A stretch of DNA of 55,112 bases from an uncultured Burkholderiales Genera incertae sedis bacterium (GCA_905478365.1 CAJQIK010000028.1:1-55112), one strand, 5' to 3'. Numbered from the stretch's first letter, positions 8,405-18,721 are shown. The notes: generated by a model not told the origin, from the sequence alone. A program made the numbers and translations.

Positions 8405-9297
8405 GATTTATTTTTTCTTTTAGCCCTCGGGTGACTTTGATCATAGATTTTCGCCAAATGCTGCCAATCTAAGTGTGTGTAGACCTGGGTGGTTGAGATG
8501 CTTGCATGTCCCAACATTTCCTGAACAGCACGCAAGTCTCCGCTTGACTGAAGAAGGTGAGAAGCGAAAGAGTGCCGAAGCATGTGCGGGTGGACATTTT
8601 GTCCTAGACCTTGCTTTTTTGTCCATTGAGTTAGACGGTGTTGAATTGTTCTGGAACTTAACGGTTGATTATCTTTGTTGGGAAATAATAAGTTACTAAT
8701 GGGTTTGTTTAAGTTTTTTCTAACTTGAATCCATCGGCGAATCGCTGCATTCGCCTTTTTCCCAACCGGTACAATTCTCGTTTTATTTCCTTTTCCCGTT
8801 ACCCGGATGGTACCATCGACCAAATCAAGGTCTCTCATCGTGACAGATGCTAGTTCAGATAATCGAAGACCAGATGAGTAACATAGTTCAAACATTGCCT
8901 GGTCTCTAATTCCTTTTTCATCTGCTTCTTCAGTTTCAAGTAATTGACTGATTTCGTCGGGACTAAGCGCCTTTGGAAGCCTTTTATCTTTTTTTGGGGC
9001 TCTTATCCCAAGGCAAGGGTTATGTTTGTGGCCTTTACGTTCTATCAGAAAATTGAAATAACCCCGCCATGCTGATAACGCTCTGGATAGGGTTTTGCCG
9101 CCGCGCCCTCTCGCATGCAGCGTAGCGACAAGCCTTCTAATATCGTGTGTTGTTATGTCAGCGAGACAGTCTGAGAATTCTAGATTAAGTAATTGAAGAT
9201 CCCGACTATAATTCTTTACGGTGTGCGGTGAAAGTCGTCGTTCTTTTTCTAGATAAGTTAAATATTCCGACATTTGGTTTGTCTCGAGGCTTGTCAT
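8401..9297 (-). CDS. xerC: Site-specific tyrosine recombinase XerC
   Basis: 298 aa. N-terminal core-binding domain (YLEKERRLSPHTVKNYSRDL). C-terminal catalytic residues are in context: R...HMLRHSFASHLL...LGHASISTTQVYTHL. It sits in the conserved dapF-DUF484-xerC arrangement. Confidence 0.85.
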   Translation of the reverse strand: MTSLETNQMSEYLTYLEKERRLSPHTVKNYSRDLQLLNLEFSDCLADITTHDIRRLVATLHARGRGGKTLSRALSAWRGYFNFLIERKGHKHNPCLGIRAPKKDKRLPKALSPDEISQLLETEEADEKGIRDQAMFELCYSSGLRLSELASVTMRDLDLVDGTIRVTGKGNKTRIVPVGKKANAAIRRWIQVRKNLNKPISNLLFPNKDNQPLSSRTIQHRLTQWTKKQGLGQNVHPHMLRHSFASHLLQSSGDLRAVQEMLGHASISTTQVYTHLDWQHLAKIYDQSHPRAKRKNKS

Positions 9298-9951
9298 CTA
9301 GCCCGCTATTTCCCGATGGGATACATGGTCAAGTATCGTTGATACAACGCTTCCTATCCTTTCAAGAAATTGTGTGTCTACATCCGGCTCGTATTTATCT
9401 ATATCGGCCGAGCTAAAAATTAATATACCCTGAAAATTGCTACTTGAGATTGGCACATACGCAGAAGATGACAGCCTCCAAGAATTCGTCAATTGCTCGA
9501 TCTCCTTGGGTGGCTCAATTGAGCATCTGGGCCTATCGGTCGTTGCTAAGAAATTTAAGATAGCTTTTTCTTTGTCATTGGGTTGCCGTGTCTGACGCGA
9601 AGTAATAAAGATACGACATTGTTCGACAGCTAACTGCGCACATAAAGTCGACTCGATCAGTTTTGTTGTCACATGCTCATGTTTAATCGCAAACAATGCC
9701 AAGCTAGTTTTTAACAAGGAGTCCCAGATCTTCTCGTTACGACGCCCATTATCTAGAAATTCGACGATTTGATTTTCCAGAAATCGTACTTTTTGCTGTA
9801 ATTGAGGGACTTGTCTATCGGATAAGGAGATAATTTTTTCCTCCCGATTAGTCCCCGTATCAGCGCTTGACGATTTCTGAAATACTTCTATTTGTTTTGC
9901 CAAAAAATGCGGATTGTTTTCTAGATACTCGATAACATCTTTCTCTGTCAC
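9298..9951 (-). CDS. DUF484 (YigA-like) family protein
   Basis: The ORF runs to 10008, but the GTG at 9951 overlaps the dapF stop as GTGA and gives VTEKDVIEYLENNPHFLAKQ..., typical of DUF484. It occupies the position between dapF and xerC, as E. coli yigA does. Confidence 0.72.
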   Translation of the reverse strand: MTEKDVIEYLENNPHFLAKQIEVFQKSSSADTGTNREEKIISLSDRQVPQLQQKVRFLENQIVEFLDNGRRNEKIWDSLLKTSLALFAIKHEHVTTKLIESTLCAQLAVEQCRIFITSRQTRQPNDKEKAILNFLATTDRPRCSIEPPKEIEQLTNSWRLSSSAYVPISSSNFQGILIFSSADIDKYEPDVDTQFLERIGSVVSTILDHVSHREIAG

Positions 9952-10793
9952 TGAGTGCCTCCGCCGACATCTATTTCCCCTTCGAATACAGATTGAGCGG
10001 AACCGCATAGATATACGTCCGATTCACCGCCTTCCCAAAATATTGTTAGCTCGCCGCCTCTCGTAAAGACCTTACATGGACTATCCAGTAATCCAACTTT
10101 AATTCCGAAGACTACAGACGCACAAGCGCCAGTCCCGCAGGACAGTGTTTCCCCAGCACCTCTTTCCCAAACTCTAAGGTTCACGCTCTCCCTTGAGCGA
10201 ATCTCCATGAAGTTAACGTTAACACGCTCTGGAAATAGTTCATTATTTTCTAAAAGCCGGCCGACCGTTTCGACCGGTGCATCATCAATGTTTTTAGCGA
10301 TTATCACCGCGTGTGGATTACCCATCGAGACGGCTCCAAACTCAATTCGACGATCATTAACGTCGAGCGAATATTTGTTATTTTCTTTTGGTACGGAAAT
10401 TGGAATTTTAATAGGATTAAAAATCGGAGGCCCCATGTTGACGGACACAGAACCGTTGGCCTCAAGTTTGGGCTTGATAATTCCAGAGCGAGTTTCAACA
10501 ATAATTTCGTCTTTATTTGTTAATTTTTTGTCGTGCACAAAAGTCACGAAACATCGTGCGCCGTTGCCGCATTGATTCACTTCCCCCCCGTCCGCATTAA
10601 ATATACGGTAGGAGAAATCGACGTCTTTTATTTTGCTTTGACCAACGACCAGTAGTTGGTCAAAGCCAATACCGAATCTTCGGTTGCTGAGTAAAGAGAT
10701 ATCTTTTTCGGAAAGGGTAAACGCTTGTTGTGTAGCATCAATAACGACAAAGTCGTTGCCGGTTCCGTGCATCTTAGTGAATTTAAGTTTCAT
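9948..10793 (-). CDS. dapF: Diaminopimelate epimerase
   Basis: 281 aa. MKLKFTKMHGTGNDFVVID, NADGGEVNQCGNGARCF and the second catalytic Cys in LSCGTGACA. Confidence 0.95.
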   Translation of the reverse strand: MKLKFTKMHGTGNDFVVIDATQQAFTLSEKDISLLSNRRFGIGFDQLLVVGQSKIKDVDFSYRIFNADGGEVNQCGNGARCFVTFVHDKKLTNKDEIIVETRSGIIKPKLEANGSVSVNMGPPIFNPIKIPISVPKENNKYSLDVNDRRIEFGAVSMGNPHAVIIAKNIDDAPVETVGRLLENNELFPERVNVNFMEIRSRESVNLRVWERGAGETLSCGTGACASVVFGIKVGLLDSPCKVFTRGGELTIFWEGGESDVYLCGSAQSVFEGEIDVGGGTQ

Positions 10794-10801
10794 CGATTTA
10801 T

Positions 10802-11320
10802 CTAGCTGATCATTTTAGACATTATAAGGTCATCCATTACAAAACCTTGGCCGATATCAATAATCACTTCTTTTTCTGTTTGATAACCTACTTTTTGATA
10901 AAACTTGATCGAGTTTTCGTTCCCTTTATTGACTTGTAGCCATACTCTGACAAAACCTAATTTGCCATAATGTGCTTCTGCAAATCTCATTAGCGTGGCT
11001 CCGCATCCTCGCCTTTGAATTTTTGGGTGCATGTAAAATTTATCGACTTTTACTGAGCGCATTGATGGGCTTTCTTCGAAATGTCCAAATCCCAGTATTT
11101 TTTTCTCAACGACAACTTTAAACCAAGTACAGGCAGGAGAGGCTAAACATCGGTTGATTTCCTGCGGTGCGTACCGCTGTTCGAGCATGTAATCAATTTG
11201 CTTAACAGTAATGATCCCGGGGTAGTGGAGATACCAGATCTCTTCAGCAAGGCGATGAATGACATGGATGTCTTCCTTTTGAGCGAAAGAAATGGTTGGG
11301 AATGTCTGAGGATGATTCAT
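10802..11320 (-). CDS. GNAT-family N-acetyltransferase
   Basis: I chose the ATG at 11320 (MNHPQTFPTISFAQKED...) because the longer ORF to 11428 overlaps the upstream lpxL-like gene. The acetyl-CoA motif IQRRGCGATLM is present. Confidence 0.75.
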   Translation of the reverse strand: MNHPQTFPTISFAQKEDIHVIHRLAEEIWYLHYPGIITVKQIDYMLEQRYAPQEINRCLASPACTWFKVVVEKKILGFGHFEESPSMRSVKVDKFYMHPKIQRRGCGATLMRFAEAHYGKLGFVRVWLQVNKGNENSIKFYQKVGYQTEKEVIIDIGQGFVMDDLIMSKMIS

Positions 11321-11333
11321 GGTTTTTTTAGGT

Positions 11334-12206
11334 TTAATCGTATAGTTTTGCGTCGCCTGGAGGCCTCGTTTTAAAGCGTTTGTGTACCCAATAGTATTGT
11401 TCGGGCATCGACAGGGCCTGCTCTTCAATAAACTTATTCATGGTTTTTGTGTCGGCTAATAAATTAGCTGAGGGATAATTTTCCCATGATGGAAAAAATT
11501 TAATTTTGTATGGCTCATTGGGCCCAAATTGACGAATTGTCACGGGTACTACTTTAGCCTTTGTTAACGCGGCTAACCGAGGGACGGCGTCTATGGTGGC
11601 CGCGCTAACGCCAAAAAAAGGTACGAAAATAGCGTCTTTCGGACCAAAATCCATATCCGGTAAGAAAAAGAGTGGCAACCTTGCTTTGAGCGCTCGGATC
11701 ACGCCTTTAATTCCATCTTGTCTCGAGATAAGTTTAGTTTCTCTAAAACGAGTGCGTCGAGATCTTAAAAATTTGTCTAGGATCGGATCTTTCTGCGTGC
11801 TATACATTGTTTGTGCATGCTCCTCTATCGAAAGTCTGATCCCAAGGATCTCAAGCCCGACAAAGTGAGGCGCGAGTACAATAACTGGGCCTTCACTGAG
11901 CGCTTTATCAAGAATTTCTTTACCTTCAATTTTGGCTAACTTTTTTATCGAGGATGCTTTTGACCACCAAACAATCGAACAGTCGGCTATCGCCCTACCA
12001 AGGGACATAAAATGTTTTAAACGCAGGCGAGCCCTGTCACGGGGTGATAGCTTTGGAAAACATAATTCGAGATTTTTGGCGACTACACGTCTTCTATCGC
12101 TCGCTAATGCAAAAAATAACAAGCCCATCAGTCGTCCAAATACACTTATAAAGCGACGAGGCAAGAAGTGGAGCATCCAAAGTATCGTCAAACCGAATCG
12201 AGTCAT
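11334..12206 (-). CDS. Lipid A biosynthesis late acyltransferase (LpxL/LpxM/HtrB family), paralogue 2
   Basis: 290 aa. N-terminal membrane anchor, the LAPHFVGLEI (PH..G.E) acyltransferase motif, and the C-terminal PEQYYWVHKRFKTRP signature of LpxL-type enzymes. Confidence 0.8.
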   Translation of the reverse strand: MTRFGLTILWMLHFLPRRFISVFGRLMGLLFFALASDRRRVVAKNLELCFPKLSPRDRARLRLKHFMSLGRAIADCSIVWWSKASSIKKLAKIEGKEILDKALSEGPVIVLAPHFVGLEILGIRLSIEEHAQTMYSTQKDPILDKFLRSRRTRFRETKLISRQDGIKGVIRALKARLPLFFLPDMDFGPKDAIFVPFFGVSAATIDAVPRLAALTKAKVVPVTIRQFGPNEPYKIKFFPSWENYPSANLLADTKTMNKFIEEQALSMPEQYYWVHKRFKTRPPGDAKLYD

Positions 12207-12243
12207 TTATGCCGATTTCCTGATAAATATTTTTTGATCGATG

Positions 12244-13113
12244 TCATTCGGTGGGTATCGATTTTTCGGGGCTTATACCTGCCGGAGTTTTATAGCGGTT
12301 ATAGGACCAGAGAAATTGGTTGGGGTTTTTTCGAATCAACGATTCTAATCCCCGGTTAAGGCGCCTCGATTGAGTTTCTCCGTTTAGCAGCTCTGGCATG
12401 TCAGAGAATGACAGCTCAAAGCCCGCTCCTTTGGCCAGCCGTTTAGTAGCCATTAGTAAGACGGTGGCATTGCTTATTTCAGCCAGACGAGACCACATAG
12501 TCATAGTGTACGCAGGTCGCTGAAAGAATTCAGCCCATTCGCCGTCCCCCGTGCTTGGCACTTGATCGGGGAGAACGCCAATTGCTTCACCTCTTTTTAG
12601 CGCTTTAAGCAGGACCCTAACCCCAGAAACGTCGGTTGTAGCAAGCCTTATATGTTTTCCTTGACGGCCGCGCCTCATGAGGGGCTCTAAAAAACGTAGC
12701 TTGGGTGGCCGATAGAGGGCTGTAAAAGGAAATTTAGTGGACAGATAGTGTGGGATGATTTCAAAGCATCCAATATGTGGCGTTAAAAGTATTAATCCAT
12801 GACCTCTCGCCAAACCTTTTTCAACGAGATCCCAACCGTAAACTTTTTTCATTAGTTCTGAAGGGTTCTTACCCGGTGGAAACCAAATGCGAGGAAGTTC
12901 GGCCAATGCTTTGCCGCTCTCTACAGCATTGTTTTTTATGAACATTTTTGATTTCTGACGATCCGTAATTACGCCGCTCTTAGAATAATTCTCATGTAAT
13001 CGTTTGGCGTAGCCCGGAGATGCTAGAAACATCAGTTGCCCTAGCGCCCAGCCTAATTGGTGCAAGAACCTAAGGGGCAACATTCCCAATAATTTGAATA
13101 TCATGATTAGCAT
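12244..13113 (-). CDS. Lipid A biosynthesis late acyltransferase (LpxL/LpxM/HtrB family), paralogue 1
   Basis: 289 aa. LTPHIGCFEI motif and C-terminal PNQFLWSYNRYKTP. It is in tandem with the previous paralogue and divergent from metK, an arrangement I recall from Burkholderiales such as Bordetella lpxL1/lpxL2. Confidence 0.8.
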   Translation of the reverse strand: MLIMIFKLLGMLPLRFLHQLGWALGQLMFLASPGYAKRLHENYSKSGVITDRQKSKMFIKNNAVESGKALAELPRIWFPPGKNPSELMKKVYGWDLVEKGLARGHGLILLTPHIGCFEIIPHYLSTKFPFTALYRPPKLRFLEPLMRRGRQGKHIRLATTDVSGVRVLLKALKRGEAIGVLPDQVPSTGDGEWAEFFQRPAYTMTMWSRLAEISNATVLLMATKRLAKGAGFELSFSDMPELLNGETQSRRLNRGLESLIRKNPNQFLWSYNRYKTPAGISPEKSIPTE

Positions 13114-13190
13114 GACAATAATATTTGGATTTTTAGGCTGATTTTGTTAACCTTTGCCCCCTTTTCAAAAGAGTATTGAGGCAAACCGCT

Positions 13191-14348
13191 ATGCGAGAGT
13201 ACTTATTTACATCTGAATCCGTTTCGGAAGGCCACCCAGATAAGGTCGCGGACCAAATTTCGGATGCAGTCCTTGACGCTATTCTAGCTCAAGATCCCGT
13301 TGCTAGGGTTGCCGCCGAGACTTTAGTGAATACTGGACTGGTCGTCATGGCTGGAGAAATCACAACGACCGCAAATGTAGATTTTCAGCAAGTCGCAAGA
13401 GATACGTTGCAACGTATCGGATATAACAACACAGATTTTGGTATCGATCACAGAGGTTGTTCTGTGCTTGTGGCTTATGACAAACAAAGTCCTGATATCA
13501 AGCAAGGGGTCGATGCAGCTCATGATGATCCCCTAAATCAGGGAGCAGGAGACCAGGGTTTGATGTTTGGTTACGCATGCGATGAGACTGATGTTTACAT
13601 GCCTCTTGCGATTCACTTATCTCATCGGCTGGTCGAGCGTCAGTCTGAATTGCGTCGAGATGGCCGATTGCCCTGGCTAAGGCCGGACGCGAAATCACAG
13701 GTTACTTTGCGCTACGCAGACGGTAAACCTCAGGCAATAGACACTGTGGTTGTATCAACACAACATGCTCCAGAAATAGAATTGGATCAAATTAGAGAAG
13801 CCGTAATTGAGGAGATTATTAAGCCCGTCATTCCAAATCATCTGATTCAAGGGGAAATTAGCTACTTGGTAAACCCGACAGGGCGGTTTGTAGTGGGGGG
13901 GCCGCAGGGTGATTGTGGCTTAACTGGACGTAAGATTATCGTGGATACATATGGCGGTGCCGCACACCACGGGGGCGGAGCGTTTTCCGGAAAAGATCCA
14001 TCTAAAGTTGACCGGTCTGCAGCTTACGCAGCTCGGTATGTGGCCAAGAATGTGGTTGCAGCAGGGCTGGCCTCCAAGTGCGAAGTACAACTTTCCTACG
14101 CGATTGGGGTAGCAGAGCCAACGAGCGTTTCAGTTACAACGTTTGGTACAGGCCGAATTGATGATGAGCAAATAGCTAAGTTAGTCGCTACAAATTTTGA
14201 TTTACGTCCCAAAGGGATTGTGCAAATGTTGGATTTGTTGCGACCAATATACGAAAAGACAGCTGCGTATGGGCATTTTGGTCGAGATGAGCCGGAATTT
14301 TCCTGGGAAGGTCTCGATAAAGTTGAAACTTTGAAGGGTGCCCTGTAG
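13191..14348 (+). CDS. metK: S-adenosylmethionine synthetase
   Basis: The ATG at 13191 gives [26 protein letters not shown]... Motifs [12 protein letters not shown] and [19 protein letters not shown] are present. The TTG at 13176 in the ORF track is unlikely to be the start. Confidence 0.97.
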   Translation: MREYLFTSESVSEGHPDKVADQISDAVLDAILAQDPVARVAAETLVNTGLVVMAGEITTTANVDFQQVARDTLQRIGYNNTDFGIDHRGCSVLVAYDKQSPDIKQGVDAAHDDPLNQGAGDQGLMFGYACDETDVYMPLAIHLSHRLVERQSELRRDGRLPWLRPDAKSQVTLRYADGKPQAIDTVVVSTQHAPEIELDQIREAVIEEIIKPVIPNHLIQGEISYLVNPTGRFVVGGPQGDCGLTGRKIIVDTYGGAAHHGGGAFSGKDPSKVDRSAAYAARYVAKNVVAAGLASKCEVQLSYAIGVAEPTSVSVTTFGTGRIDDEQIAKLVATNFDLRPKGIVQMLDLLRPIYEKTAAYGHFGRDEPEFSWEGLDKVETLKGAL

Positions 14349-14370
14349 TCGTAGTATACTTCTAGATATT

Positions 14371-14437
14371 GCTGAGGAGCGTTGCGACCCTTCCGACTTA
14401 TCGGAGGGCTAGGCTCAGCACAGGAAACGACGCTCAC
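14371..14437 (+). promoter_or_regulatory. SAH (S-adenosylhomocysteine) riboswitch aptamer in the ahcY leader
   Basis: GCUGAGGAGCGUUGCGACCC...GGGCUAGGCUCAGCA..AACGACGCUCAC matches the recalled SAH-element consensus (GAGGAGCGcUGCgAC ... AGGCUC ... AACGGCGCUCAC). Pairings seen: 14371-14376 with 14414-14419; 14377-14382 with 14430-14435; hairpin 14388-14410. It sits upstream of ahcY, the canonical location. Confidence 0.82.
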
Positions 14438-14472
14438 AAACTAGTAAGTTATTGGTTTGTGGGCGTTTTTTA
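14431..14472 (+). terminator. Intrinsic terminator forming the riboswitch expression platform (also the only terminator after metK)
   Basis: An 11-bp stem pairs CGCUCACAAAC (14431-14441) with GUUUGUGGGCG (14455-14465). The loop is 13 nt and is followed by UUUUUUA. The 5' arm shares CGCUC with the aptamer 3' strand, so the two folds are mutually exclusive. Confidence 0.78.
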
Positions 14473-14511
14473 TTGCCCCAAGCTTTATTTTTTGATTAAG
14501 GAGGGCAGTAA

Positions 14512-15930
14512 ATGTCAGCAGTAATGCAACAAAACTCATCCGCTGGAGATTATTTGGTGGCGGATCTATCCCTATCGTCTTGGGGTAGAAAAGAAATGTT
14601 AATCGCCGAAATTGAGATGCCAGGATTAATGGCTATTCGAGAGGAATTCAGTGGCAGCAAGCCTTTGAAGGGTGCCCGTATTGCTGGTTCGCTTCACATG
14701 ACCATTCAAACAGCGGTATTGATTGAAACTCTAACCGCACTTGGCGCAGAGGTTCGTTGGGCGTCATGTAACATTTACTCTACTCAAGATCATGCTGCTG
14801 CGGCTATTGCTGAGTCAGGTGTACCAGTTTTTGCGTTTAAGGGCGAGACTCTTGAACAATATTGGGACTACTGCCATAAAATATTTGAGTGGCCATCAGA
14901 TCAAGCGAATATGATACTCGACGACGGTGGAGACGCTACGCTATTACTTCACTTGGGGACAAAAGCCGAGAGCGATCTTTCGGTGTTGAATAAGCCTTCT
15001 AGCGAAGAGGAGCGTGTCCTTTATGCTGCGATAAAGAAGAAATTGGCTACGGATCCAAAATGGTATTCGGTCCGATTGGCAGCGGTTAAAGGCGTGACAG
15101 AGGAGACAACTACAGGCGTGAAACGTCTCATCGAGATGGCTGCGGATAAGTCACTTGCGTTTCCAGCGATCAATGTGAACGATTCTGTAACCAAATCTAA
15201 ATTTGATAATCTTTACGGTTGTCGTGAATCGCTCGTTGATGCTATCAAGCGTGCCACCGATGTGATGATTGCCGGAAAAGTTGCAGTTGTTGCTGGTTTT
15301 GGTGACGTTGGTAAGGGTTCTGCTCAGGCATTGCGCGCGTTATCGGCTCAAGTCTGGGTTACTGAAGTCGATCCTATTTGTGCGTTGCAAGCTGCTATGG
15401 AAGGTTTTCGCGTTGTAACCATGGAGTATGCAGCAGATAAAGCTGATATTTTTGTCACCGCAACGGGAAATTACAACGTGATTCATCATGATCATATGGC
15501 AGCAATGAAGAATGAGGCCATTGTTTGTAATATCGGGCATTTTGATAATGAAATCGATGTCGCGTCTATCGAGAAATATACTTGGGAGAATATAAAGCCC
15601 CAAGTTGATCATATTGTTTTCCCTGATGGTAAGAAAATTATTCTCTTGGCTCAGGGTCGTTTGGTTAATTTAGGTTGTGCGACTGGACATCCTAGTTACG
15701 TCATGAGCTCGTCTTTTGCGAATCAAGTCATTGCTCAAATTGAGCTCTTTAATGAGCCTGAAAAATATCCGCTTGGTGTTCATGTATTGCCTAAGCACCT
15801 TGATGAGAAGGTGGCTAGACTTCAGTTGGCTACTTTGAACGTACAATTAACCGAATTGACCGATGATCAAGCCAAGTATATCGGTGTCGAAAAGACAGGA
15901 CCTTACAAGCCCGATATGTATCGTTATTAA
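14512..15930 (+). CDS. ahcY: Adenosylhomocysteinase (S-adenosyl-L-homocysteine hydrolase)
   Basis: 472 aa. [51 protein letters not shown] (NAD fold), and C-terminal [20 protein letters not shown] is upstream. Confidence 0.97.
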   Translation: MSAVMQQNSSAGDYLVADLSLSSWGRKEMLIAEIEMPGLMAIREEFSGSKPLKGARIAGSLHMTIQTAVLIETLTALGAEVRWASCNIYSTQDHAAAAIAESGVPVFAFKGETLEQYWDYCHKIFEWPSDQANMILDDGGDATLLLHLGTKAESDLSVLNKPSSEEERVLYAAIKKKLATDPKWYSVRLAAVKGVTEETTTGVKRLIEMAADKSLAFPAINVNDSVTKSKFDNLYGCRESLVDAIKRATDVMIAGKVAVVAGFGDVGKGSAQALRALSAQVWVTEVDPICALQAAMEGFRVVTMEYAADKADIFVTATGNYNVIHHDHMAAMKNEAIVCNIGHFDNEIDVASIEKYTWENIKPQVDHIVFPDGKKIILLAQGRLVNLGCATGHPSYVMSSSFANQVIAQIELFNEPEKYPLGVHVLPKHLDEKVARLQLATLNVQLTELTDDQAKYIGVEKTGPYKPDMYRY

Positions 15931-15993
15931 TTGGTTGAGAGTTCAAGGCCAAAGCGATTTTTTTAAGACTTAAAAATTTGCTTTAGAGATTTT

Positions 15994-16040
15994 CCGCCCC
16001 GGAGATTGTTAAGTCTTCGGGGCGGAACTTCTTTATTTTT
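15994..16040 (+). terminator. Intrinsic terminator downstream of ahcY
   Basis: A GC-rich stem of about 12 bp pairs CCGCCCCGGAGA (from 15994) with TCTTCGGGGCGG (to 16025). A T-rich tract CTTTATTTTTT follows. Confidence 0.7.
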
Positions 16041-16106
16041 TGAATTACCTAAAAAAGTAAGCGCACACTTGCGATTTTCGACCTGAAAGTAATGTTTATT
16101 CAAGAA

Positions 16107-17339
16107 TTATGCGGCGTTTTTAAGAGGTTTGTTATTTAAAGGGCGAGCTGCGTAGGCATGATAGGCTGCGGCTTCTGCGGCGCCAATTTCAATTTTCGCG
16201 CCCATATTATCAAAGACACTTTCAAGTGCACAAAGGCACAGCATCACGTTTTCCATTTTGCAGCTATAGCCCATGATGCCGAATCGCCAAATTTTTCCTG
16301 CAAGCGGACCAAGGCCCGCACCGATCTCTATATTCATTTCTTCTAAAAGTCGACGACGCACTTCTTTCTCATCGATTCCCGGCATGACATGAACTGCATT
16401 CATCTGCGGTAATCGATATTCTTCCTCGACCAAATAGGACAGCCCAAGCGTTTCTAATCCCGCTTTTAGTGCTAGATGGTTTCTTCTATGCCGTGCCCAA
16501 GACGCTTCTAAACCCTCGTCTCTGAGCATCACGAGTGCTTCATGAAGAGAATAGAGAGAATTAGTTGGCGCTGTGTGGTGGTAGGTTCGATTACTCTCGC
16601 CCCAATAGCCAAGCAACAAATTTAAGTCCATAAACCAGCTCTGAACTTTATGTTTTCTATTTTTAACAAGCTCGACTACGCGATCACTAAATGTAATAGG
16701 CGACAGGCCTGGCGTGCATGATAAGCATTTTTGGCTTCCAGAATAAACAGCATCCAAGCCCCATTCGTCTACGAGTACCGGAATACCAATAAGTGAAGTG
16801 ACTGTATCTACAATGGTGAGCGCGTCGTGTTCTCGAGCAATTGCGGCTAGCGTCTTCGCGTCTGAACGAACGCCAGTAGATGTTTCGGCATGGACAAAAG
16901 CGAGAATTTTAGTATCCGGATTTTTTTTGAACGCTTCGCGTACTTTTTCTGGATCTACTGGCTTTCCCATAGGATCGTCGACGACGATGGCAGTACCCCC
17001 GCATCGTTCTACATTCTCTATCATCCGACCACCAAATACTCCATTACGACAAACAATGACTTTATCGCCAGGGCTAACCATATTGACAAAGCACATCTCC
17101 ATGCCTACAGAGCCAGGCCCAGAGACCGGAAAGGTCATCGCATTTTTTGTTTGAAACGCATATCGCAAGAGTTCTTTAAGCTCCTCCATCATATCTACGA
17201 AAACTGGATCCAGATATCCAATTGTAGGCCGACCCATCGCAGAAAAGACTCTAGGATGTATTTCGGACGGTCCTGGTCCCATTAATGTTCTTTGGGGCGG
17301 ATAGAACGAACTGATATGTGAATTCAATTGGTCACTCAT
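16107..17339 (-). CDS. Class V PLP-dependent aminotransferase (alanine/serine--glyoxylate aminotransferase family)
   Basis: 410 aa. LMGPGPSEIHPRV, VHAETSTGV, and the PLP-lysine motif YSGSQKCL. The overall pattern is AGXT/SGAT-like. Confidence 0.8.
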   Translation of the reverse strand: MSDQLNSHISSFYPPQRTLMGPGPSEIHPRVFSAMGRPTIGYLDPVFVDMMEELKELLRYAFQTKNAMTFPVSGPGSVGMEMCFVNMVSPGDKVIVCRNGVFGGRMIENVERCGGTAIVVDDPMGKPVDPEKVREAFKKNPDTKILAFVHAETSTGVRSDAKTLAAIAREHDALTIVDTVTSLIGIPVLVDEWGLDAVYSGSQKCLSCTPGLSPITFSDRVVELVKNRKHKVQSWFMDLNLLLGYWGESNRTYHHTAPTNSLYSLHEALVMLRDEGLEASWARHRRNHLALKAGLETLGLSYLVEEEYRLPQMNAVHVMPGIDEKEVRRRLLEEMNIEIGAGLGPLAGKIWRFGIMGYSCKMENVMLCLCALESVFDNMGAKIEIGAAEAAAYHAYAARPLNNKPLKNAA

Positions 17340-17441
17340 TTAGGGGTTTCCTTAGATGAAAAAAACAACTTCTTGTTTGATGGGGTAGCAAAGACTCCAA
17401 TTATATCTAAAATCCTTGATTCTGATGATTATTTAGGAGTT

Positions 17442-18329
17442 TTACTGCTCCATTTTTAGGACATTAGATATTGAAGATTGGTTCAGAGACGGGTCTGGAT
17501 CAAAAGCGAGATCACCCTCCCCGTCGTCAATACTATCGTGAGACAGGCCCTTAAAATCATAGAGAATGGGATCAAGGAGGTGGGATGCAGAGACTTTTTT
17601 AAGGGCACTAAACATAGTATCTAGGCGTCCTGGGTGTTTTTTTTCCCATTCTAGGAGCATCTGTTTTGTCACTTGTCTCTGGAGATTATCTTGGGAGCCG
17701 CATAAATCACATGGAATAATTGGAAATGCTTTGATCTCAGCATGCGCTGCTATGTCTCTCTCTTTACAGTAAGCAAGTGGTCGAATTACGATGTGTTCAC
17801 CATTATCCGATTTAAGTTTGGGCGGCATTGCTTTTAATCGGCCACCATGAAACATATTGAGAAAAAATGTTTCCAAAATATCTTCACGGTGGTGTCCTAA
17901 GGCGATCTTCGTAACACCTAAGGTCTTGGCTGTCTTATATAAAATTCCCCTGCGCATTCGAGAGCATAAGCCACACATCGTCTTACCTTCGGGGATCACT
18001 CGTTTTACGATACTGTAAGTATCCTGCTCGATGATGTGAAAGGGAACATTTAGCGATTTAAGGTATTCAGGCAAAATGTCCTCTGGGAACCCGGGATGTT
18101 TCTGGTCTAGGTTGACCGCGATGATATCAAAGTGGATGGGCGCGTGGCTGCGTAGGGAGAGCAGCATGTCTAGCATCGTATAGCTATCTTTGCCGCCAGA
18201 TAGACAAACCATCACTTTGTCGCCCTCATCGATCATCTTGTAGTCAGCTATTGCTTCTCCCACTTGTCGACGAAGTCGTTTGGCTAATTTATTAGTTTCG
18301 TAGATTGATTTTTGAGCGACTGACGGCAT
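17442..18329 (-). CDS. ttcA: tRNA 2-thiocytidine(32) synthetase TtcA
   Basis: 295 aa. PP-loop [19 protein letters not shown] and CDLCGSQ cysteine motifs, [11 protein letters not shown]. Confidence 0.9.
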   Translation of the reverse strand: MPSVAQKSIYETNKLAKRLRRQVGEAIADYKMIDEGDKVMVCLSGGKDSYTMLDMLLSLRSHAPIHFDIIAVNLDQKHPGFPEDILPEYLKSLNVPFHIIEQDTYSIVKRVIPEGKTMCGLCSRMRRGILYKTAKTLGVTKIALGHHREDILETFFLNMFHGGRLKAMPPKLKSDNGEHIVIRPLAYCKERDIAAHAEIKAFPIIPCDLCGSQDNLQRQVTKQMLLEWEKKHPGRLDTMFSALKKVSASHLLDPILYDFKGLSHDSIDDGEGDLAFDPDPSLNQSSISNVLKMEQ

Positions 18330-18331
18330 TT

Positions 18332-18706
18332 TTATTCTTTCGTTTGGTAAATCTCAAATCCTACTGACGCACAGTCGGGATAGACGTCAGTTTTTTCACT
18401 CGAGACTTTAGCCGCAAGGACACCATCTCTTCCAAGACAGAGTTCGAGAATTTTTTCGCAAAAAGTCTCCTGTAAATGGAAGTGTGCGCTAAGTGATAAA
18501 TCCATAATTGAGGTCCTTAAGAAATCATAATCCACCGTTTCTGCGATAGTGTCTTCGCGGATACGTATATTTGGATCAACATCCAATTCAACATTAATGA
18601 GTACATTTTGCTTTTTAATTTTTTCAAAGTCATGTATACCGATAGAGAGCGATACGGCCATATCTTTTAGAAAAATTTTTCGATGAGACTTTGATTCAGG
18701 GTTCAT
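18332..18706 (-). CDS. folB: Dihydroneopterin aldolase
   Basis: 124 aa. The [26 protein letters not shown]...DTIAETVDY pattern is typical of FolB, and the size is right. Confidence 0.78.
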   Translation of the reverse strand: MNPESKSHRKIFLKDMAVSLSIGIHDFEKIKKQNVLINVELDVDPNIRIREDTIAETVDYDFLRTSIMDLSLSAHFHLQETFCEKILELCLGRDGVLAAKVSSEKTDVYPDCASVGFEIYQTKE

Positions 18707-18721
18707 ATTCTTTGATTAGGG

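Noticed and set aside
8401-9297. Tyrosine recombinase as a marker of an integrated mobile element
   Set aside because: It sits in the conserved housekeeping operon dapF-DUF484-xerC. It has no flanking tRNA, direct repeats, phage or IS genes, and no compositional break.
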